Positions 55,300 through 64,000 of a stretch of DNA of 64,000 nt are shown one piece after another. The position numbers were made by a program, and so were the translations under genes. Positions within the stretch are counted from its first letter, which is position 1; each line of letters starts with the position of its first letter. This DNA is from Blastocystis sp. Blastoise (taxonomy: Eukaryota; Protista; Bigyra: Opalinata), in NCBI GenBank assembly GCA_039096225.1, contig JBBPEB010000005.1:186001-250000 (forward strand), given 5' to 3'. The notes beneath the pieces were generated by a model. The model had not been told where the DNA came from. It saw nothing but the letters and a program-made list of their open reading frames with translations, and did no database searches.

Positions 55300-56748
55300 A
55301 ATAAAATAAAATAATAATGAATCTATATAACTATCGTTGATTTTTATAGCCAATATCCAATAAGAATACAGATAATACAGAACGTGGTACGGATAACAAA
55401 AAGCCACAAGTAAAAGTATATATTGTTATTAATATAATGAACTATATATATTAGTCTATCCTTTATATATAGTATGTATTCTCTATACTATTTTCTATTT
55501 ATCTTTTTATTATTTTTATTTTCTTTATATCTATTTATATATATATATATCTATAGAAGACTCCTCGTGAAGGGAAGTCCCTTAAGGCGAAAGACATTAC
55601 GCCTCCCCTTCCCGATCGAAATGAGTCTTCAACACGTGTTCTATCAAATAAACCCTCTGCTAGTACTCGTAAGAGTAATAAACAAGGGTCTCTCTCTCCT
55701 ATTCCTTCTGTATCTCCTTCTACTCCTACTCCTAAAGAGAATTCAAAAGGAATAACAAAACAAAATACTATCGAAAAGAAAGATACTAAAGAAAAAGAAA
55801 AAGGGAAAACAAAAGAAATAAAGAAAGAAGTCAATCGTAATAGTGCAAAGTTAGTATCTCCCGCGGGAAAGAATTCCATAAAGAATCAAAATGGAAAGGT
55901 TTCTCCGACAACAACTTCGACACCTAGTAAGATAGAGAAGAAGAAAGAGAAAGAAGTAGTTGAAGAAATAGAAGAAGAAGAGAATGATTATGAGAGTAAT
56001 GAAGATGCTTCTAGTGATGGTACTTCTCTAAGTGATATGGAAGATGAATATGCAAATGGAATTAAACGAGAAAAAGGAGAAACAATGGATATTTTAAAAG
56101 CAAAAATGTTACATTATTTTGGTGGTAAACATAATTATGGTCGTTGGGTATTTAAGTGTACATCGAAAGTTCCAGAACCTCCTCACATGAATTACTTAAG
56201 AAAAATCATTCTTGAAGCATGGGAAACAAAATCTATTGATTTCTTCTATAAAGAACTTCAAAAGTATACTATTATTTTTGATTTATTTAATTTAGTCTAT
56301 ATATATATATATTCCGTTTTATAGAATACTTGTTTTTTAATAATTATTTTTTTTTGTCATAATTGCTTTTTTAAATAGAATTTTCTTACTATATTTATAT
56401 ATTTTATTTATTATTCTTTAGGCGTCCGTTATTAACAAGTGAAATAGTCGCTGTAAAGGCGTTAACTGCCGTTTTAAGAATACACCAATTAGGTAGTCAA
56501 GATATATTAGAAGGAAGTATTGAAAATATACATATATTTGAAGAAATGAATAAGAAATGGGGTATTATTGAGGTATATATAAGATTATTATTATGATGAT
56601 TATTATTATGATTATGATTATAAATGATTATTATAATTATGATTATGATTATGATTATTATGTTATTATTATGATTATTATTATGATTATTATTATGATT
56701 ATTATTATGATTATTATTATGATTATGATTATTATTATTATTATTATG

Positions 56749-56808
<60 letters not shown>

Positions 56809-58614
56809 ATTATTATTATGATTATGATGATTATATTTCCTATACAACATAGTATATACTATACATATATATTTCTGTCTTCTCTATAGGATGATGTCGA
56901 GTTAAGTGAGTGTTATAACTGGGCACCTTTCATTTCTCGTTTCGCTAGTATTATAGTTACTAAACTCCGTTTCCATTATCAACATAAACAATTTGATTTC
57001 CGTTATCAAGTGACAAATGAAGATACTATCGATACTGAAGAACGAGTATATATATATATATATATATTTATTTATTTTAATTTTTTTAAATTTGATTTAA
57101 TTTATTATTTTTCTATTTATTATATTATTATTATATTATATTAGCTCTTTTTTTTCTGTTCTATTTTATAATTATTTTATTATCTACTATATATATATAT
57201 AGGTGAATATAGCTTCTCGAATGACTACATTTATGGTATCTCTAGATTTAGCAGAGCGATGGGCCCTAGCGAATACGGATCCCGTGATTATTGGATGTAT
57301 TCGCCCACTAATTGATGAGTCTTATGCTATCTATGAGAGTGTTACAAGTATAATTAAATCGTTAATTAGACCTCAAGATGAAGATATTATTATTACTGAA
57401 GTTCGAAATCGATATGAAGAAGCAAGACAAAACTTTAGTATTATATGCTTAAGGGCAAAACAAATACAAGAATTATCATTATTTGACATGGTATATATAT
57501 TATCTGTTTATTTTGTATTCGATTTATTATTCATTGTTATATAATTATTTATATTTATTATAATACTTATAATATTTATTATCACTATATTGTATTATTC
57601 TTTGAAGGATATACATACTATTTCTTTTATAATTATATATATATATATCAATATATCTATATATATAGATTCCTACAATAAGTGAAGTATCCCCATTACA
57701 GGCACCTCCTAAGAATCAATATGAATCACGTATATCTCTATTAGAGACTTTAGAGACAATGCGTAGTGTTGAGAATATAGGAGGAGAAGAAGAAGAAGAA
57801 GATGATGATGATTCTAACATTACTCTTTTAGGATTATTATATAAACAAACAGCGAATGGAAAGATAAAACCCTTAGTAGGGGCTAATTGGCTTATGGAGA
57901 AAGGAGAACAATTATTACCTTCTTTAAAACGTATTATAGCTATTAAAGGGAATAATAAATGTTGTGAATGTAATCGTAGTATAGATAGTAGTAAGGCATC
58001 TATTAATCTAGGTATATTTCTATGTAATCGATGTGCTACCTTACATACACAATTACCTGTATATATATATATATATTATTATTATTATTGTTATTATTAT
58101 TATGTGTTTTTATAATATAATAATTATAGTTGTTAATATAATAATAACTTTATAGTTATTAATATATTTTTATTACTCTATACCTATAAAACTTTATCTC
58201 TAAACTATATATATATATATAGGAAGGTATAAGTGTAGTAAAAAAGCTTAAAACTGAAGATCTTCTTCCTCTCTGGATTGCTATACTTGCAGATATAGGA
58301 AATAGAAAAGCAAATCGATTCTGGGAATTTGATCTTCCCACGGGAATTAAACCTCAAGAAGATGATTCTGATGAAAGTATATATATATATAATTGATAAT
58401 ATTCATTAATATTTATAATACTCTTATTAACTATACTATCATTTAAAATAATTATTTTTTATATACATATTTTGTAATACTAATTATATTATATTTCTAT
58501 AGAATGGCTTACATTCTTTGAATATAAATATGTACAAAAGAGATGGATACATAGTAATACTAAAACTATTGAAGAAAAGTATATATATATTTATATATAT
58601 ACTATTTTATTATT

Positions 58615-58646
<32 letters not shown>

Positions 58647-59983
58647 ATAGGGATTCTCCTATGGATGTATTGTCTCCTAAGACCCTCCAAACAGAATTAC
58701 GAGAGACCAATGAAAGTGTAGATGTTGTCGACTTATTTGAGGATACCGCACAGAATATAAAACGTGAAGAATCTATTTCTGATGTGTATATAGTTATTTT
58801 ATTTTATACTTCATTATAAAATTTATTATTATTTTTATTATTCATTATAATGTAGATTATTATATAGATATTATATTCTTCTTTATCTATTAAATAATAA
58901 TTATTCATTATATATTCTATTATTATTCTTATTCTTCATAATATATATAATTCATATATATAATATATATATATAGTTTTAATAATTTGGAGATACCTAC
59001 TCCTACTCCTCAGTCTTCTTATTTACCTTATAATAATATGTCTATGTCTACTAGACCTATGATACAAGTGAATGGTCATCCAGTTTATTCTCAAAATATT
59101 CAGAATCAATCTATTCTCTCGACTACAGCTGCTCCTCCTTCAAATATGCCAACACAAAATATGAATTTATATAATCAATCGATGCTTAATCGACAAAATA
59201 TGATGGTAGGTAATCGTAATCCTTTAGGATCTCCTCTTCTTTCTGGTTTACAGAATCCTCTCTCTCCTTCTATGCCTATGATGAATCCTTCTGTATCTCC
59301 TACTCCTTCTCTCTCTTTACCTCCTCAAGTACCTCCTATGACGAATATGTCTATGTCTTCTTATTATAATATACCTAATAATAATTATTATAATATGAAT
59401 ACAAATAATATGAATACTATGAATACTATGAATATGAATACTATGAATATGAGTAATATGAATATGAATACAATGAATATGAATACTATGAATAATATGC
59501 CTATGAGTCGAAGTATGTATAATCCATTATATAGTAATATGCAAAGTATACCTCAATCTTCTATGTATCCTGGTACTACTCCTTCTCAACCTCCTTATAA
59601 TCCTCAATATATGATGAATACACAAAATCCTAGAGGAGCTACAATGCAACCTATACAATCATCACTTCTTAATATAACAGGTCCTTCTCCTATTCCTTCT
59701 TCTTCTTCTATTCAATCAAATACTATAGGTTTATTATCACCTTCTATGAAACCTAATCCTTCTACTCTCTCTCCTATGGCTATGAATGCTATGCCATCTA
59801 TGGATATATCTTCTGCTCCTACTTCTCCTATTCCTACTACTACTACTACTACTACTACTACTAATACTACTAATACTACAAGTACTAGTAGTACTACTAC
59901 TAATAATTATGTACCTCCTACTATTTCTTCTGTTATGATGAATCAACAACAAAGTACTCAAGGATCCTTCCAAGCATTCTCTC

Positions 59984-60040
<57 letters not shown>

Positions 60041-61639
60041 ATAATTACTAGTTCATATTATTTAACAAATGATTCTATGTGAATATATATATAGATAATG
60101 AAAATAGTGTAAATGCTCCCCTTCAAACCCCTGGGAAATCTGTTCAACCAGTACAAGTTAGCGGTTCTACTACATCAAGTAAGAAGTCTATACTTACAGA
60201 AGATACTTCTGAAGATGAAGATGATTATGAAACACGTGTTGAGAAATTAGAAAGAAGACAAGATGAAGCAGTTAAGAAGAAGGTTATGTCTGCTCTACAG
60301 ACGGCTCTTAGCGATATACAATTAACCGGTATTCAAATAGAATTCGAAGAATTAGAAATTCTAGATCGTATTGGTGTTGGTGGATTTGCTATTGTTTATA
60401 GAGGATTCTATAGGTATATTAATATATTATATTTATTATATTTATTATTATTTTTTTACATTTATTATATTTATGTATTTATTAAATTTATATAATAATT
60501 GTTTATTATTATTTATTATATTTATTCTATATATTATAAATAATATATTTATTCCATATATTATTAGAATATATTTATTTTTATATATTTTATAAATAGA
60601 GGTACTGAAGTAGCTGTAAAGAAATTACGTGTATCTCGAATGAGTGCGAAAGCTATTCGTGATTTCCATTCAGAAGTATTTATTATGAAAACATTACGTC
60701 ATCCAAATATTGTAATATTCATGGGACTCGTCATGGAGCCAGTTTGTCTTGTAACTGAATTTTGTCAAAAAGGCAATTTATTTGATTTATTACATGATGT
60801 TGATGTATATAGTAGTGAATCTGAAGAAGAGAATGAAGAAGAACATTATCATTATGATATACCTTGGACAAGACGTATACGTATAGCTTGTGATGTAGCT
60901 AGAGGAATGAATTTCTTACATACTTCATCTCCTGTTATTATACATAGAGATCTTAAAACATTAAATATCCTTGTAGATGAAAAGTGGACTGCTAAAGTGA
61001 GTGATTTTGGACTTTCGAGATTTAAAGTATATATATATATATTATTATTAATTTTATTGTATATTCTATATATATATGTAATTATTTATAATAAAGTATC
61101 ATTATATATATATATATATATATATATAGTCTGTAGCTGGATCTTTGATGACAGGACAATGTGGTACATATCAATGGATGGCGCCAGAAGTTATTGGCGG
61201 GCATGTATATACAGAAAAAGCAGATGTATTTTCTTTTGGTGTTATTCTTTGGGAAATGTTTACTCGTAAAGTACCCTATGAAGGCATGCAACCTATGCAA
61301 GTATATATATATATATATAGAGTTTTGAAAGAATTTATTTTTTTGAAAATTAATTATATTTAGGCATTATTTTTTTTTGTTTATTATTTTTAACATATAT
61401 ATATATAATAGAATCTAATTATTATATGTTATTCTTTTATTTAAATTATTCTATATGTTTAGGTTGCTGTAATGGTACATACAAATAAGAAACGTCTTCC
61501 TATTCCTTCGAATTGCCCTGAATGGTATGCTGACTTAATAAGAGATTGTTGGGCGCCAGATCCCGAAACAAGACCGAACTTCGCGGATATTTTAAGACGA
61601 CTGAGAAAGGCTGGACCCGTTCCCACAAATTATGTATAA
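53680..61639 (+). CDS. Multidomain protein: NAK-like pseudokinase - ANTH - ArfGAP-like - Met/Asn/Pro-rich linker - TKL (Raf/CTR1-like) kinase
   Basis: Exons I checked join in frame across GT-AG introns. N-terminal kinase fold with GYAPPE and KVDIWELGILSYFLAFYTTPF. ANTH FKCTSKVPEPPHMNYLRKII...VKALTAVLRIHQLG. ArfGAP CCEC...NLGIFLCNRC...GNRKANRFWE...YKYV. C-terminal kinase IGVGGF, VAVKK, HRDLKTLN, DFG, CGTYQWMAPE. Stop TAA at 61637-61639. Confidence 0.85.
56590..56832. repeat. Compound (ATT/ATG)n microsatellite, intronic
   Basis: Mixed ATT/ATG triplet run inside an intron of the kinase gene. Confidence 0.9.
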
Positions 61640-63234
61640 ATACATTTTTTTATTTTTTATAAATAATTATTCAAATCAATTTCTTATTTTTTTAATACAT
61701 ATATATATTGTTTTTTTAATACTGAATTACATATTTTATTCACAAATATATGTTTATGTTATTTATTTTGTTACTTGCCTTTTTTAAATGAATATATATA
61801 TATATATATCTTGTTTTTCTTTTTCTTTTTTCCTTATTCTATAATTTGATATATGGATGACAGTTTCTTTTTCTTTTTTTATAACTTTAAATTATATATA
61901 TGTGTATATATTTCTTTTAACAAAATGAATAATATACATTCTGATTTTTGTATACATTTTATACTCTTTTATTGATATTTATTTAGTATCATTTTTTATT
62001 TTACTTTATTTCTGAATTATTTTTTTTCTATGATCATCATTTTCTGTATAACTTATACATTTAGCCAATACATTATATAGAAGTTACAATTTATAAAAAT
62101 ATAGATTTCTTAAATTTGTTTTTGTTCTTATTTCTAAAAATGTATTATTTATAGCTTTTTTTAAATTAGTAATTCCACTGTTGGCACACTCTTTCAGATG
62201 ATTCATCAATCCAACAAATATTCACATAAGATAATTTAGTGTTACTAAAAGTGGTTAATAAATGGTTTCTAAAATTATTATGGATACGTGCATGTTCTTA
62301 AATGATAGGACTGCCATTAAACCAATACATTCACCATAAGTTTCGGTTTTAAATTTTCAAAATCATTTATTTTAATTTTAATACTACTTTCCTATTAAAT
62401 CGATATGATTTCATTTATGTGAACATAGGAGTGAACAGTATTCTGCAAAAAAAAAAAATTCAAATGTATAACACGTAAAAACCATATAATTTTTTCGTTT
62501 TCGATCATAGTAGCTCTGAGTACATGGTACTAGCAGCTATTCACTCATCTATAAAGAATGTCAAGTCACAACATATACCATCTTTGTCTTTCTTTCATTG
62601 ATGGAATTGTATATATATGAATAGCCAATCATTTAAACATAGTTCCATTCAGTAGTTATTTATTTTGAGTTAAGTATTTAGCAACCACTCAAATAAAATC
62701 CATAATAACCATACATTGTGTTTTCTTTTAATAATTGAATAGAGTATTTTGATTGACAAATGTTTTGTGTTTTGCATAGAAAGAACCACTGAAATGTATG
62801 AATATCCGAAAACCCTGAAAAAGTCAGATTAGAAATGGGTGGTGGTGGTTTGAATCCTTAATTGTTTGCTTTTTTTTATGGTTTTTAGATAGGAAATGAA
62901 TGGCCATCGCGTGTTTTCCCATTGAGTAGGGAAAATTTAATTGATTGGGTGATTGGGAATGACACCCTTATGGGTGATGACACATAGATGCATCATTCAT
63001 ATTTCAGTTCTGAATGGTTGAAGTTTCTCTTCTTTACCTTAAGCCCTTAAAATCTATACAGACACAAACAACACTCCTTTCGTAAATTGATTGGATAATA
63101 TTCGGCTTGATGACGATAGATTGATGTAAAATACCGAGGTTCATCGATGTTTTTCTCTACCATTCTATCTTTTCTCTACATTTCGATCAATTTACATTTA
63201 ATATTTATTTTAACTTCTTATTTGATATATCAAA

Positions 63235-63731
63235 ATGAAGTCAATTTATCTTTTCTTTGCTCTTGCTTTTATTGCATCAGGTATGTACTATATATAGTAG
63301 AAAGTCTAATAGATCAATTATAGTCAATGCTGTATGTACTGCTCCTTCTGTCGCAGTAACTGTTACTCATTATTGTACTACATATGGCTATGAAGAATTA
63401 TGGAATATTTACACTGGTGCTGTTGTTGATATTAACCAAAAGGTTGCTAATGGTCAAGGTGCCAATTATGTGACTACTGTCACTGAAGTTTGCTTATTAT
63501 TAAATACTGTCTATACTCTTGGTATCTCTGATTCGTATGTAAATTATTTCTTTGAATACTATCTTTATTTTACATATTTTAAATTTAATTTAATTTTTTT
63601 TATAGCTATGGAGATGGTTGGTCTTACTATTCTACTATCGCTGTTACTTATGATGGCTTCGATTATGTTTCTGGCATGGGACTAGCTAATGGCGAAGCTT
63701 CACCTAAGACAGTTCAATTTACTCGTATATA

Positions 63732-63816
<85 letters not shown>

Positions 63817-64000
63817 TTTAAATTTAAATCATAATATATGTTTTTATTTTTCTAGTTACTTCTATCCTTTCTTATGGATCTACTTGGAAGTATTCTACTG
63901 CTGCTCAAGTTGGTAATTCTTGGGCTGCTCCTAGTTTTGCTGATGCTACTTGGTCATCTGCTGCTACTGGTGCCTTCCCTACTATTGCTACCACTACTCG
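63235..64000 (+). CDS. 5' part of another surface-protein family member, runs off the window
   Basis: Signal peptide MKSIYLFFALAFIAS. The spliced product contains SDSYGDGW and W-AAPSFADATW, matching the N-terminal modules of 15866-21853. Confidence 0.75.

Noticed and set aside
62830-62990. G-rich patch upstream of the last gene as a possible ncRNA or G-quadruplex
   Set aside because: The G-runs are dispersed and no fold or family is recognisable; most likely promoter sequence.

Overview
Very AT-rich, intron-rich eukaryotic genomic DNA using the standard genetic code. Introns have GTATAT donors and (TA)nTAG acceptors. Gene content (an expanded family of Ig-like/He_PIG surface proteins, BTB-TLDc, mitochondrial Twinkle) and TGTTTGTT motifs in 3' UTRs suggest a Blastocystis-like stramenopile; this is inference. 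Host genes in order: 3' part of a surface protein, a two-RRM Musashi/hnRNP-like protein, CDC14, Twinkle primase-helicase, two large Ig-like surface proteins flanking a BTB-TLDc gene, a divergent PITP, a pseudokinase-ANTH-ArfGAP-TKL kinase fusion, and the 5' part of another surface protein. Two things stand out. (1) An ~18.4-kb hAT (Buster-type) DNA transposon at 32719-51103. It carries an intron-containing UTP20-like host gene fragment, tRNA-like relics, a decayed intronless segment and repeat arrays, and its transposase has a 187-aa insertion and an A12 frameshift. (2) The all-GC palindrome CCCGCGGG (core CCGCGG) is strongly over-represented in host exons, in all three reading frames, and is spelled with otherwise rare codons. 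This resembles the cyanobacterial HIP1 phenomenon. Gene models and motif counts were made by eye and may be incomplete.
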